From Eledone cirrhosa (Eukaryota), in assembly GCA_964016885.1 (NCBI GenBank), contig OZ024742.1, positions 59,706,001 through 59,770,000 on the forward strand: 64,000 nucleotides of DNA. Reading direction: 5' to 3'. This document shows, piece after piece, positions 1 to 14,400 of the stretch. The notes beneath the pieces are model-generated. The model saw nothing but the letters and a program-made list of their open reading frames with translations. It was not told the DNA's origin and did not search any database. The number at the start of each line of letters is the position of its first letter. Within the stretch, counting starts at the first letter, position 1. The position numbers were made by a program, and so were the translations under genes.

Positions 1-1241
1 TATAATTGATGGTTTGTAACATTCGTACCGGCTCACTGCGCCATGAGTTCAAATTTAGCCGAACACAGGGTGTCAACGTTTTCATGGCACCGACTTTTAA
101 ACAACTATGTACGGATTATTAATACATCACAAATAAACCATTGTGTATTTTCCCAGCAATAATCACGTAATCAGATGCATACATTTTTATATGGTGTAGT
201 CAATTAATAGGAGAGTAATGCAAGTCAAATTACATTCAACCAATGCAGAAATTTACTTTTCGAGGATTATTCTAATTAAATATTCCGAAGGAATGTTCGT
301 GATAACGAAGTCACTGGAAGTAATCTATCTAGTGTCGAATCTGCAGCTGTTGATTCCGGTCTCAGATTTTGCATGTCTTCAACTTCAGATAGAAATGTTG
401 TATCCTATGCATGCTTTCTCATTACAACGACGCATAAATGCCATATTGGAATGCAGTCTCATGGCCTAAGGGTTGGAATAAGTTGTTCATTATAGTAAAG
501 TGGCCGGTCAGTGAATTTTGTGCCGGAGCAAGACGTTTCATATCCCATTACTCCATTCCATTCTGCTGAAAAAGAAATTATGTACATCCAGGAAGTAGGA
601 GTTAAACCTGAGCTGGAGTGTCTTTTTGACGAAATGGGAGTATTTTGCTCTTAGCCGCTTAACGCCAATAGCCTCGAGATAACCTGAATAGTGTAAACGC
701 ACATGAAAGACAATACTAAAGTAAGTGGCAAATTGACGGAGTCGTTAGAGTGATTAACTAAATACTGTGTGTCATTCATTTCAACTCACATCTTCAATTT
801 TGATATTTACCTTGTCGGGTTCGATGATCAAGTAACGATCCAAGGCAGTGGAATCGCGGAATGTCACCTTATGTCGAATCCGCACGCAGTCTGCGTTGAG
901 AGGTTGTATTCCTTACAAGGTATAAGATACAAGGTGGGAAACGAAGGAAAAAATTATGAGACATGTTTTAACCTCAAATTTGAGACACGTTTCGAATGCT
1001 TGCAACAGTGTGAGTGCAGTAAAAGCACTCAAGAGCCATATTGTTCGCTGTACGAAGGATTTTGTTGACCACCAAAGAACAGCTATTGAAGATCGTCAAT
1101 ATTTCAACACATTTTTCGCATATAAAATTTAAATCACTGTGATAGTGTTGATGGTGTAAATATATAAAATCTGAATGATTTTATTCCTGGTATGTGCATA
1201 CTTTGAAAATAAAGAATTGTTTGTGATACAACTCGCTCTAT

Positions 1242-1242
<1 letters not shown>

Positions 1243-1315
<73 letters not shown>

Positions 1316-1316
1316 G
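1243..1316. repeat. (CA)n microsatellite
   Basis: Direct reading; source of the spurious THTH/CVCV ORFs. Confidence 0.97.
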
Positions 1317-1787
1317 CACCCCCCCTACACACAGTATCTGCAGTTTCCCTCTGCCAAATTCCCCTCAAAAGGCATTTTTCTATATCAGACTATAGTAGAA
1401 ACACCTGCTCTATGTGCCACGCAGCCGGACTGAATCAAGAAACACTTGGTAGCTTAGGGAACTTCTTAAATACCCAGCAAACACCTGAACCTACAGTTAA
1501 CAAACGAAAGGGGAAAAGAGCCGATCACACGGTTAAAAATCCTATTTTAATTTGTCTTTCCGTTGCTGATACTATCTGCTGGTCACTATCCCTAGCTGAA
1601 ATGTAGTTCAATGGTAGTTAGTTATAATATATTTGACCCACTTATTCAACTTCTTTTGGCTCTAAATTCCTGACAGAATTGTAAGTCCACCGTTCTAAAA
1701 CACCGCAGGATTGGAGAATTTTAAAACTGGCTGAGCCCGTCTCTCTCCTAGTCCGGACCCATTCAATTTCTTTTTCTTCTTCTTAAT

Positions 1788-1790
<3 letters not shown>

Positions 1791-1854
<64 letters not shown>

Positions 1855-1885
1855 TAGAAAGATAGAAAGATAGAAAGAAAGAAAG
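1791..1885. repeat. (GA)n microsatellite grading into (GATA/GAAA)n
   Basis: Direct reading. Confidence 0.95.
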
Positions 1886-2726
1886 ACAGAGAGTTAGAAA
1901 CTGCATTGTTTATCGTCATCGCAAACATGAAAAGCAGAGTAAACTTGGAGGGATTTGGATTCGGATCAAATACCCAGGAGTTTTAATTCAACGACCTAAG
2001 AACTCTTCCAATTTGCAGACTTATTACACATTTTATTATTCATTTATTATTCTGTCTCTTAAATAAAATATTTCATACGGAAGAGAAAACTCTAAGATGA
2101 ATGCCAAGCTTCTGTACTATTGTAAATTGTCATCATTCATCCGCGCGTTATGTAAACATTGGAAGCTATGGATAAAATATCGCAATATATTTGGAACTGT
2201 ATTATAAGCTGACATATCTAAAACTGGATTGAATTTCAGTAATTTAATAAAATATTACAGTGAAATATAATATTTAAAAATTTTTTTAAGTCTCGGATTT
2301 CATGATAATTAGATTAAAAAAATCATCTATTGTGTTATAATAACAGAAAACTCAGTTAGCGTAAGTACAGCGTTTTAATGTCTGATTAATATGGCGCGAG
2401 AAATTTCGAGAGCGAGTTATAAATGAGAATACTTGACCTAAATCCAAATAACGGACATAATTTAGAAATAATGTTTAATCAGATGTGGGGGGCTTCCTTG
2501 TAAAGATGTTAAGCTTTGCGAAAATATTTCATATCTTTGTGTATCGATTCAGGTCTGAAAGCAAATCAATTACGCTGCAAAAATACTCCGACATCACACA
2601 TCACGTTTCTTTTTAATATTCAATCTTGGGGCAAGACATCGCTTTATTACATTTGCAATCTACATTTATATAAAGTAGAGTAGATTACATTTTCTTACTT
2701 TTAAATACTGAGTAAAATATGATATA

Positions 2727-2880
2727 GGTGGCGAATTGGTGAGACGCTAGAACGTCTGCTATAATGCTTTGTGGTATTCGCAACAGTTCTCTATTCTCTG
2801 AGTTCAAATCTTGCCGAGATCAGTTTTTCCTTTTATTCTTTCATGTTTGATAAAAATGTACCAGTCCAGTACCGGAGGCG
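2727..2880 (+). mobile_element. degenerate tRNA-derived SINE (family 1)
   Basis: GGTGGCGAATTGG...GAGTTCAAATCTTGCC (A/B-box-like) ...GATAAAAATGTACCAGT; aligns by eye with the better copy at 28343-28562. Confidence 0.75.
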
Positions 2881-3095
2881 ATTCTTCCAATATATCTTTT
2901 TCTCTCTTCTCTCTATTATTCTTTCTCTAGAGGAGAGGAGATGAGATCCACCAGGTTTTAAAAATGCATAAGAAACGCTGTGTGTAACTACAGTACCGCT
3001 ACAAATCCACCAGGAGTTTATGGTACAAAAAGAAGAAATAAATAAATGGGATATAGACATATCATGGCCGAATGGTTACGATGTTTGCTACCAAA

Positions 3096-3460
3096 TTCCC
3101 TTCCTAACTCCAGCCGGTGGAGCTGGACCGAGGGGACGCCAAAATGCCAGACAGCATGACCATCTTCCCGTTCCACGGTGGCAAACCCCTCGTCTAGGAT
3201 GTCACTTGCAGCGACATTTTCTCCAGCCACAACCTGGTGCAGTCTGCGACTAACCCAGCTTCTGCTGCACGTCGGGCTGAGGATCCCAAACTTTCCAAAT
3301 AACGGTTGCTCTCCGACAGGCTGGCTGTCGTAACCATAGGCGCTGAGCTGGCCAACCGCAGGTGTGAGCCTCGAGTTGGAATGGCTCTTCCAGCGCATCT
3401 CCCTTACCGTCCTCTGGGGAAGCACCTTCTCCATTCTGTCCGCCGGGGCTGTGGAGATGT
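3096..3460 (+). mobile_element. 3' fragment of CRE-clade non-LTR retrotransposon (RLE region), diverged
   Basis: Aligns with 14224-14641 (CAGCCGGTGG..CATGACCATCTTCCCGTTCC..GGCAAACCCCTCG..CCTTCTCCATTCT) with substitutions and an internal deletion of roughly 60 bp. Confidence 0.88.
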
Positions 3461-4344
3461 CAGCACGCGGGACCCCATTTGCTCACCATACGGAGAGATG
3501 GGGAGAGCCAGAGAGATGGAGACGATGACAGTGGGAGTTCGGCTGTTCTTTCAAGTTTGCTTAGGTTACACTTGCATTGTGATAGAAGTCATCTGATTCA
3601 CTGTATATACAATATATATATTATGAGGTATTGGGTTGGTTTCCACTGCGTGGATTTTTGGGAAAGTACCATTCACCATAGTCGTGAGTAGAACCAAGTT
3701 TTGTAAGTGAAAGTCGGAAAACAGATACTGTTCTGAAATCTATCGGATAGACTATGAATGGAATTAAAAACAACAGCCTTGTGGCATACTGTGTTGTGCT
3801 GAATATCTGGAGAAATATGTCATTAAAATACTGAGCCACCCCCACGTTAATTTTACAAACACGCCGTTCAATTGACCGAACAGTCATTGTTGATACTAAT
3901 GAAGGTCCATTTACTTTTATAAAATATATTAAATCCAGACTTAAAATTTCGCCGACGTAATTTACTAGAGAACCGCGTAGGAGCTTCTATATAGTCTGTG
4001 AACTAATTGGAATTAACACCCGTTTTCCCTCAAAGTACACCCTAGTGTTTTAAATAATAGGAGAAGCACTAGATAATATTATCCTAAGTATACAAAATGT
4101 ACTGACATGATCATATGACTGCTGAATAAAACCTGATTTGGGGCTAAACACAATAGCAGCAGCAAAAACTTCAAATTTTCAAACTTGTCCAATTTATGGA
4201 AAACATATCGGATTTGAACTCAGAATACAAAGCGCAAAAAAGCAAAAACAAAAAACAAAAAACAAAACAAAAAAAAACAAACAAAACATACACTAAGGCA
4301 TCTATCTCAGTCGATGCTTTAATAATCCCACCACACTGCCGACC

Positions 4345-4470
4345 TGGGGTGATACCCGATAATACGAAACTCAAAGTTGACATCAGCGGGATTTAAACTC
4401 AGGGCGGAGAGAAGCATAACACATACTGTAAAGGTATTTTCTCTTACGTTCTAACATATTCGCCACCCAG
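4345..4470 (-). mobile_element. degenerate SINE (family 1)
   Basis: AAAGTTGACATCAGCGGGATTTAAACTCAG...TTCGCCACC matches the reverse complement of the SINE head. Confidence 0.55.
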
Positions 4471-4560
4471 GTAATCTAACTGTTATCAATAACGATCTAC
4501 TATTTACCCACGAGGTGAATTGTCATACACGAGATACCAGCTTGTTATCTACTACCTCGT

Positions 4561-4779
4561 TACAAGGGTCGACTGAAAACATCATCGGCTGAAAAGTCTA
4601 TAGGCTGACCAAGATTCTCTCATCGAATGACGGAATGTGGTTTATTTTTTAAGATAGTCCATTGAAAGAAACAATGCAGTTATTTATAAGAAAAGTTTAA
4701 ATTAATCCATACAATATTTCACACATCTAGTATCGCTCCTTCATAGTCAGCCTATGAACGTTTCAGCCCTACCCTCGTA
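4561..4779. mobile_element. Tc1/mariner-type MITE
   Basis: Imperfect TIRs TACAAGGGTC..GGCTGAAAAGTCTATAGGCTGAC / GTCAGCCTATGAACGTTTCAGCCCTACCCTCGTA with TA at both ends. Confidence 0.65.
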
Positions 4780-6360
4780 TAGTATAAATAGGTATATGAA
4801 ATGTCATTGAAGCAACGTAAAACACCACGTGTAATGTTCGTGTATTATTATAGATTCTCACTTTAAATGTATTTTAGATCCTCAGACAAACAACCACATT
4901 TTCAATCCCCGGCACCCATTCAGAAATTTATATGAAACTATTTTTGGTATGCTGCATAAACGATGACATAACTTTTGAGGAAAATGTGTGTTTGTGTGTA
5001 AGAGAGTGCACGTGTGTTTGCATGTGTTTGTGTGTGTGTTTCATTTAGTTTCTCATTCAGACGGAATGCTAAATTTAAGACCATTGCGTGTCAGCAGGAA
5101 CAAATAATTTTCTTCAGAGCCTGATTGTGTGGCCACAGTAGAATTACTTGCCTTGCATTACTACTTCTCTTTCTCTTTTTTGTCTCCTTTAACTTAGTAT
5201 AGAATCAACTATTTATAAATATATCGATTGTCAAGTATCTCTTTACCTATCCATCACTGTACTTTGTTTATTTGTTTGCTTGTGTGTTTGTATGTATTTT
5301 TTTGATTTTGTTTCTCTCTCTACTTTGTTTTCCTGAAAATTTGTCTATATGTTGAATGACTCTTTGTTTAATTTTCGGCTTACTAGTGAAATCTCAAAGT
5401 TGAGTTTCACTGAATCACGCTATATATATTTGTCTACTATATAGTTTGTGTTGTTCATTCATTCTATCTGCTTCAACTCAACTGAAGAGAATAGTTACTA
5501 CACCAGTACCAACACCTACACACTAAAACCAACACCTACGCCAACGTAGGAAATATTGACAGACACCCAAACTAATTTAATAATAAAACTTTAAATTATA
5601 TAAAGAAAATTAACATCACGTTCCTGTTTGCACAAACCGCTTAACAAGTCTCTAAATTTGGTGTTGTAAAATGTGACAGCCGCAGAAAGTAACTGTAGGA
5701 AACATACAATGTAACCACTATGGAAAGAAAGTTGGAAAGGAGAGCAACGTAAGTTAATAACTATTAGAATATAGTCTTAGAGACCTTTCATTGAAATATA
5801 AGAAGATATATTTCTTACCGGTTACATTACAGTCGTAATTGGAATTTCTAAGATAGATTGAATTATGAAATATGTATTATACGGGATAAGGAATGCTGGC
5901 TTCGCCTACGTTATAAGAGACATAACCTGACAAAAGTTATTTCATGATGGTCCCTTCATAATTATATCAAGCCTTCTTCCTCTATTCCAGATAAAATGGA
6001 AATTCAAAATTCCGAAACCTTGTCTTGTATATGTTGATTTCCTGTTGTTGATGTGGAGTTGTTTTACCTTTTAACGTTCTGTACCATGTGAGGACGCATT
6101 TGCAAGACATTAAAACGAGCAAAACAACAAAACGGTTGCAGCCTATGAAATAAATTAAAGCTTTTATCCTAATACTACAAACTTTCAGAATGTTAAAAGT
6201 TAATGGTGTAGGCAGAAGACAGAGGACACATACGTGTGTAAACAAAAGAGCGGGAAGTCCATCACGTTTCTTTCATGTTAAATCATTGTATTCAGAGTTT
6301 CTGACCTACAACGTTCATGAAACCTTGAATAACGCAGATATTTTAAGCCATAAATGGTTA

Positions 6361-6361
<1 letters not shown>

Positions 6362-6417
<56 letters not shown>

Positions 6418-6451
6418 CATATGTATATATATATACATATATAAATATATG

Positions 6452-6525
<74 letters not shown>

Positions 6526-7348
6526 ATATACATTTTTATTAATCTAAAAGTCAGTAATTCTGTTTCATTTCTGACAATACAGATGAGCTAGCGTGCGTTT
6601 AATGCATTGCGTGCTTAACTAAAAATTACAAGGAAATGAATTATATTCATATTTGAGCGGACATTATTGGTAAATTCCATTCTCGAATTGTATCTATTTT
6701 TGTTTCAGAGTATTTAAGGGAGAAAAAGCCAAAATACTCTGTGATACACTTTGATAAGTATGAATGAAAGAATGTATGAAAAGCAAACTATCAAATAAAA
6801 AGAAACACACAAAAAAGTAGATCTAATATAATTTATTTGTAAACATAAACACAAAATGATTAAAGCTGGTGTGAAGTCTAAACGAAAATGTCTGATATTT
6901 TAATTCAATCTTTCTATCGGTCTGTCAAAGTATAACCTTATTTCTAAGACGCCAGAGCATGCGTCCGCCAAACGTTTACGCTTTTGTTTTTGCTTGTGTA
7001 TATGTGTGTGTCTGTGAGGGAGTGTGTGTGTGTGTATGCGTGTGTGTATGCGTGTGTGTATGTGTATGTATGTGTGTGTGTGTATGCGTGTGTGTGTGTG
7101 TGTGTGTATGCGTGTGTGTGTGTTAAAGTTAGTAAATGAGAAAACAGAATCTAGCTTAGGTTGGACTGTGTGATTTTACACTGATCGTTGATTTAGTAAT
7201 GCTGTTACAAGTCACGGAGAAGTGGTAGGAATTAACCTGGCAGACATGAAAGGTTAAGGTGAGGAAAGTGTCTATAGGTGATGGTAGTATCCGATCTCAT
7301 TTCTGATCAGAGAAACTCTCTCTCTTTCTCTCTCCATTTCTCTCTCTT

Positions 7349-7421
<73 letters not shown>

Positions 7422-7469
7422 ATATCTCTGCATCTCTCTACCCTCTCTCTCTATATATATATGTATATG

Positions 7470-7510
<41 letters not shown>

Positions 7511-7574
7511 ATATATATAAATATCTATGTATATATATATATATATATATAGATAAATATTTATATATATCACC

Positions 7575-7618
<44 letters not shown>

Positions 7619-7624
7619 TATGTA

Positions 7625-7672
<48 letters not shown>

Positions 7673-7724
7673 TATATATATATATGAATATATATATATG
7701 TATATATATATAAATGTATATGTA

Positions 7725-7773
<49 letters not shown>

Positions 7774-7838
7774 GAATATATATATGATATATGTATCTGT
7801 ATATATGTATATATATATATATACATGTATATATATAA

Positions 7839-7877
<39 letters not shown>

Positions 7878-7878
7878 A

Positions 7879-7952
<74 letters not shown>

Positions 7953-8152
7953 CATATAGATATATAGTTATATGTGCGTTGAGCGTACTTAGTGAAAAAT
8001 CATTTGATATATCACGTAAGTAGATTAATACCGCACAATTCTATACGGTGTATACTATATACTCGTAATGAAAGTAATTCACTTAGCTCTGTGTGTGCAC
8101 ACGCCAGTGTAAATACATACATCAAGCGTAAAAACACGGAGTAATGTGACCG

Positions 8153-8209
<57 letters not shown>

Positions 8210-8226
8210 TATATATATGTATATAA

Positions 8227-8259
<33 letters not shown>

Positions 8260-8367
8260 TGCATGCGTGTGTCTGTGTCTATATATGCATATATACACTT
8301 TGATATATATATATGTAGTCTGTTGTTTTTTATTCTTTTACACTTTTAGTTACTAGACGGCGACTGT

Positions 8368-8399
<32 letters not shown>

Positions 8400-8421
8400 G
8401 TTATACACACTCACACACACA

Positions 8422-8501
<80 letters not shown>

Positions 8502-8514
8502 TATATATATATAC
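6362..8514. repeat. cluster of compound (TA)n/(TG)n/(TC)n/(CA)n microsatellites
   Basis: Tracts at 6362-6531, 7000-7122, 7315-7970, 8153-8300 and 8367-8514. Confidence 0.95.
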
Positions 8515-8734
8515 GGAAAAGAGGATGCGCTGAAATTCTCGTATTACCTTCATCCAGGTGAAACCCTCGTGGCATCGAACAATATTTGAGAGCCGAGCCA
8601 CTTACATAAATACCAACAATGACATGTCCCGCAGAATATGTTCCTCATAACTTCCATTTGAGAGATATCCACAACATTATCCTTGTCATCTCTACTTTTT
8701 CTCGACCCCACCTTGAATACTCCTGTCCACCGTG

Positions 8735-9644
8735 GTCTCCCCACACGAAACAAAGGATTTGACTGGCAAACACCTTGGCTATAATCTTAAACTCTGTGTT
8801 GAGCAGAGTTATGGGCCGGAAGTTATCAATCGTCTCCCTCATGTTCTCTTCTTTCCTGATCAGTGTCACTACGCCCCGGATCACAGAACTGTGAATGCTA
8901 CCGTTCTGCTGCCAGTTGCAGTAGAGCACTTCGAGGATTTCGTTGAACAAATCTGTCATATCTGCGTAAAACTCGTAGGAGAGACGATTCAAATCTGGTG
9001 ATTTGCAACTAGGACATCCAGAATCTCGGCTGAAGTTATCTGCCATTTGTAGCGTTCAGCCTGGACATGCGAGAGACTCGGTAAACCATCGAGGTAGGGC
9101 CTGAAATTTTCTACCATCTCAGGCGCCCAGCTTCCCGTGAACAGCTGAGCAAATTGCAGGCCTATCAAACAGCTTTGGTTCCCTCGTTTCTTAGAGGAGG
9201 CACATTAGCTCTGACAATAAAACTTTCGCGGTTCGCATGGAACAAATGGTCTAATGTCATTCTCGCAGCTAGCATGTCAGATACAATGCCAGTACAAATA
9301 GCATCGTCTAATTTAGCTACCAGCCGCCTACTTTCTCATTTTCTTTTACGCTACGTTTTTACTAAAACATTTCGAAATTACTCTAATCTGTCTCTTTAGA
9401 GCCTGCGACCTCTCGTGACGACGCCACCCCCACTTGACACCTTTTGGTTTACTGAGATTTTGACCCGGTCCCTGTAAACCTTACGTACCGGAAACGACAT
9501 GTTCATGTTCGAGTATCCAGATCCTAAATTGTGTGTCCTATCTAGGTCGACTATGCAGATCACGAACTTGTCATCTGAACAGGCGACCGTTTGAAAGTGT
9601 GGACAAGCTACACTATCATTTTCCATTAACCTAACAAAAAAACC

Positions 9645-9685
<41 letters not shown>

Positions 9686-10125
9686 GATCTAGATGACCCT
9701 ATCAAACTGTTCCAGGTCCACACTGGCGCATTAGGGAAATCTATTTGGTACTTGTCAGACAGTTGCAGCCGGCTGATCAGGTATTTAAAACGTTTGCACC
9801 CCGTCACAATCAGCTACACCCACACAATTTCAGTGTGCGTCTAAGATGCCATTCCGGTCCCTCGCTAACAGTAAAGTTTGAGACGTTCCCAGAAACTCTT
9901 CTAGAGGCCTAAAGGGATCCGGCCGTCCGGCTCCGGTCAGGGTGTAGAAGGCCATCAGTCTAAATGCACCTTCTTCGCTATTCTTCACGTCCAGGACCAC
10001 CAACTTACCGTCCGGGTCAAGGGAATATCGATCTTATCTCGGTATCCAGGCCTTTCCTAAACAGCACTGCAATATATTTTTCGAACAGGATCCCATGTCT
10101 AAGGCCTGGACACGTTCTTGTTAAA
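8735..10125 (-). pseudogene. decayed Tx1/L1-clade LINE ORF2 fragment (APE endonuclease + start of RT)
   Basis: YCNWQQNG..GVVTLIRK..DNFRPITLLNTEFKIIAKV (8645-9046 ORF) and CPHFQTVACSDDKFVICIVDLDRT (9396-9626 ORF); homologous to 61150-62600. Confidence 0.88.
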
Positions 10126-11429
10126 AAATATTTCCTACTGCATCTAATGCAATGCGTTCCGTTGTCTAATTATTTGTGCAACCGATAATTACTTAAGTTA
10201 AAATGTATATATCATAATTTTACTCTGTAACATTCTTTAGTTAATTCAGGGACAATAAATAAAACACAGGAATAATTGAAATTTAAAACATTTAAAATGT
10301 ATTTATAACTATTATTGAATGCATATTATATCGTTTACTTTTGAAAAGTTTCATTTCCTAAAAGAAATTGTGGATAAATCGTAGTGCCAGGAGGACAAAC
10401 CACTCATGCAAATAAAATTATTCGTATAACATAGCGAATATGGAATATCCGACTATCCAAGGTATCCAAATATTAAAATTGGCCAGGAAGAAATAGATGC
10501 ATTGATAAAGAAATCTTATTAACTGTTGTGCATATCACCAGTTGGTGTAATATTTGATCAATACTCAACATAGTCTGTGGTATAGGGACCACCACTGGCA
10601 TGTCAGCAACTGAGAATGAGCAATCCTTTGGGTTTGGTCAGTAGGACATAAATATCGGCTTTCCCGATAGGTTATTAATTAGGATTTAATGCCTTGGAAT
10701 CTTAAATTTAGCCCACGTCTCCCATAAACATTATACATGGGCACTAAGTATGATTTAACTGATTGCATCATGTTATTGGTATCTACACATTGGAAAGTAT
10801 ATGGGCAGTATTTGTCTACGGCGGCATTTGTATTAAAACCATAGAGACGAATGATAACATATATGCTTCACATTCTGGCAGAAAATATATTCTAATAATA
10901 ACTTTGACCTGTATTACGTGACGAGTATTTTGTAACACCCGAAATCGCAAGTAACTCCAGGATAAAACAATGATGACATTTTGCAGGTGTTGATTTATGG
11001 AGAACTGTCTTAGTAAATATACAGTCAATGTAGGGCATACATTGAGACTTTTATTTACATGTGTACATATATAGCCACAAAATTAGTGAAAAAAAGGAAC
11101 TGAGAAAGTTGATTAAACTAGTCTCAGTGGTCATAGAATTAAGCTAAAGTATGAAATCAAATTTGACTTTGGTGGGATTCGATGTGAGAATGCAATAGTC
11201 ACAACTACCGAACGACCTAGCTTTGGTTTAATTCTGAGAATGAAAAATAACATGTGTGCCGACACGGCTGAATTTTTACCATCTTCATCTCGCAACAATA
11301 TGGTTACAGCTTCAATATTTTGCTTTTACTTTGCTCCACTTTTCAAATTAAATGACACGACGGTTCAGTTATATTCAAATATTGTAAGCGCGTCCATTGA
11401 GAATATCGTCTTTGATAAACTGCTCAGTT

Positions 11430-14400
11430 GCTCGCATGTGTGCGTGCTGAATTCTGGGTCTTTCTGCTGGGAACAACCCCTTGTCCCCGCCCTTTTTTTT
11501 CTTTGTGTACATCCATCCATCCACTCATTCATTTACTGCCATTCAACCTTCCTGTGTCTCCCCCTCCATGCAGCCCATTTTCGCTCTCGTTCTCTGGCAC
11601 CTCCATATGCTGCCCTCTTACCAGCACATTCCCTTCCAACCACACACATCAGCCACCCACTCCTGATGCCGCTCGGTGCCCCAGTCCTCGGCCCCACGCC
11701 CCATCCCCCACCCCTCCAAATCGACACCTGCAGCACTTGCGGCACTACTAACAAACGGAAGAGAGGCCGGAATTGTTTGGGATGCGGCTGCTTCCACCAC
11801 CTCACCTGCGTTGGCTTGACTCGTCGAGCTTCCAATGCCCTCGCAGCGTGGAGGTGCAGGAGCTGCCTCTTCCACACGTCTTCCCAGCCACGGCCGTCTG
11901 GCACACCATCAGATGGGACAGCGAGCTTGCCTTACGCCCGAGCCTCGCTGGTCAACATCGCTCGGCTCAGGCGGCTCCAGAAGATCCCACTCAGGATCCC
12001 GAGAGCGGCACGCGTGCCGGTAGCCGATGCCCTCGCTTCCTCGATTGAGAGCGCTCTGGACTCCAATCGAGCCAGTGACTGGGAGCGGCTGTTCTATTTC
12101 GCCCACTCGCCCTCGGCCTCCCCAGCTCTGGCGCTGACAGGGGCGGCCGGTCAGCAGCAGCCTTCGTCAAGGCCAATGTCTCGTCATTTGGGCGAGCGCC
12201 CATTCCAAGCGTTCCCAGGGACGCCACACACCCCACCCTCAGGTAGCCCCTATCCTCCACCCCGAGGCCAGCGCCAAGCGTTTGCGTGACCAGGTAAACG
12301 CAAAGCTTATCATGGGTGATGTCTCGGCCGCAGTCAGAGTTGTTGCCTCAGAGGACAGTCTCCTCCAACCCACCGAGGAGATCCTGGCTGCTCTGCGGCT
12401 CAAACACCCTGAGCCACCCACTGATCTCAGACCCATGCCCCCACCCGACTCCCACCTGCGCCTTGTGGCTACTGATGCAGATATCATGTCCGCCATCAGG
12501 TCCTTCCCAGCTAGCAGCTGCGAAGGTGTTGATAGTCTCCGACCAGGACACCTCAAGGAGTTGACATCCCCCCCTCTCCGCTGAGGCCGGGCGCCACCTT
12601 CTGAGTGCAGTTGTGGCGCTCACCAATAGGCGAATTCATGGTGCCCTCGACCCTTACGCCTGAGGCCTCTTTTTTTCGGCCAGCCTCACCGCTTTCAGGA
12701 AGAAAGAGGGTGGCATACGCCCCATTGTTGTGGGCAATGTCTTCCGGAGGCTGGGTGCCAAGGTGATCTGCAAGTTCGTCACACACGAACTGGGTGAGGA
12801 GTTTAGTCCAGTGCAACTGGGTGTTGGCGTGTCCGGTGGCTGTGAGAGAGTCTCTCATGCAATCAGGCAGTTCTTCAGAAGCTTCCCATCGGTACCGGCA
12901 TCCAGAGACTCCAGGCACCTCATTGTCAAGCTTGACATGAGGAATGCCTTTAACTCTTTACGCCGGGATCATCTGCTCGAGGCCTGCCTCAGCCGAGCCC
13001 CCTCTGCCTACCCGCTGGCCTACCTGTCATATGGAGCCCCGGTCATACCCTCGGCTACTGGGGTCCAACAGGGCGACCCTTTGGGACCCCTCCTGTTCGC
13101 CCTTGCTATTGACCACATCGCCCGGAGTATCAGGGCTCCTCTCAACGTTTGGTATCTGGACGATGCTACGTTGGTCGGGCCCGTACGGACGGTCTTCCAA
13201 GACCTTGAATCGGTGATTCCTGCCCTGGCGAGAGTCGGCCTCCAGGTCAACTCGGCCAAGTCGGAGGTGGTGAACGTCAGCCTTGATGCTGTGAGCTTTG
13301 CAGCCTCCGTCTTGGACGTGTGTCCATTCTCCGTCAGGTTCAGGTGACCCCCAAAGAGGATGTCCTCATCCCCGGGTCACCGATCCACCCGCCGGCCATC
13401 CGCTCCACAATCATGTCCAGGTTTCAACAGCTCCAGACTTTCACGAGCCGACTGGGCTTGATTGACGGCCACCCAGCTCTCTTTCTGCTGAGGAACTGCT
13501 TCGCCATGCCGAAGCTCCTCTATACACCCCGCAACGCTCCATGCTACACCCAGACATCTTTCCTCGCTGACCTCGATACTTGTATCCGAGCAGCAGCCGA
13601 GGGGATATGCAACGTCAAGTTTGACGACATAGGGTGGCAACAGGCCACTTTACCGGTCAGGTATGGCGACCTAGGCCTCCGGCCCCCGATCTCACTAGCT
13701 TTGCCGGCGTATCTTTCGTCGGGAACATCGTGCCGCGTCCTCGTCAGCAGGGTTCTTCAAAACACAACAGAACCCTCTGTGTTCAGAGAACGTGAGACGT
13801 GGGACCGACTGGGACTTAGCCCAGTAGACGTCCCTCCTCCTTCTCCCCCTGTTGACGTCAAGTCCTCTCCCACCCCAACGCACTTGAGATGCCATCCAGT
13901 GCAGCCTGGCCTCAGACAGGCTCACGTGCCAGCTCGTCCAGCACCGCCTTGCTTGTTTTCGTGCGGCCTCCAAACCCCACAGTGATGCCTGTCTCCATGC
14001 TCTGCCCTCCTTCTCCTCTGGCACGCAGCTAGACAGCCATAGCCTGCGAATCGGCGTTTCCCTGAGGCTCGGCCTCCGGATCTGCCAGCCACACCAATGT
14101 CGCTGCGGTTTCACTGTGGACTCTTTCGGCCTCCACCCGCTTTCCTGTCGCCACAGTGCCGGCCGCATTCCACGCCATACTGCCCTCAACGAGGTTATTA
14201 AGCATGGCTTGGACGCTGCAGGCTTCCCTTCCCAGCTCGAGCCGGTGGGGCTGGATCGAGGGGACGGCAAAAGGCCAGATGGCATGACCATCTTCCCGTT
14301 CCGCGGTGGCAAACCCCTCGTGATGGATGCCACTTGCACCGACACTTTCTGCAGCCGCAACCTGGTTCAGTCAGCGACTGACCCAGGTTCTGCTGCACGT

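Noticed and set aside
218-1068. Two short plus-strand ORFs
   Set aside because: No motifs; lengths compatible with chance.
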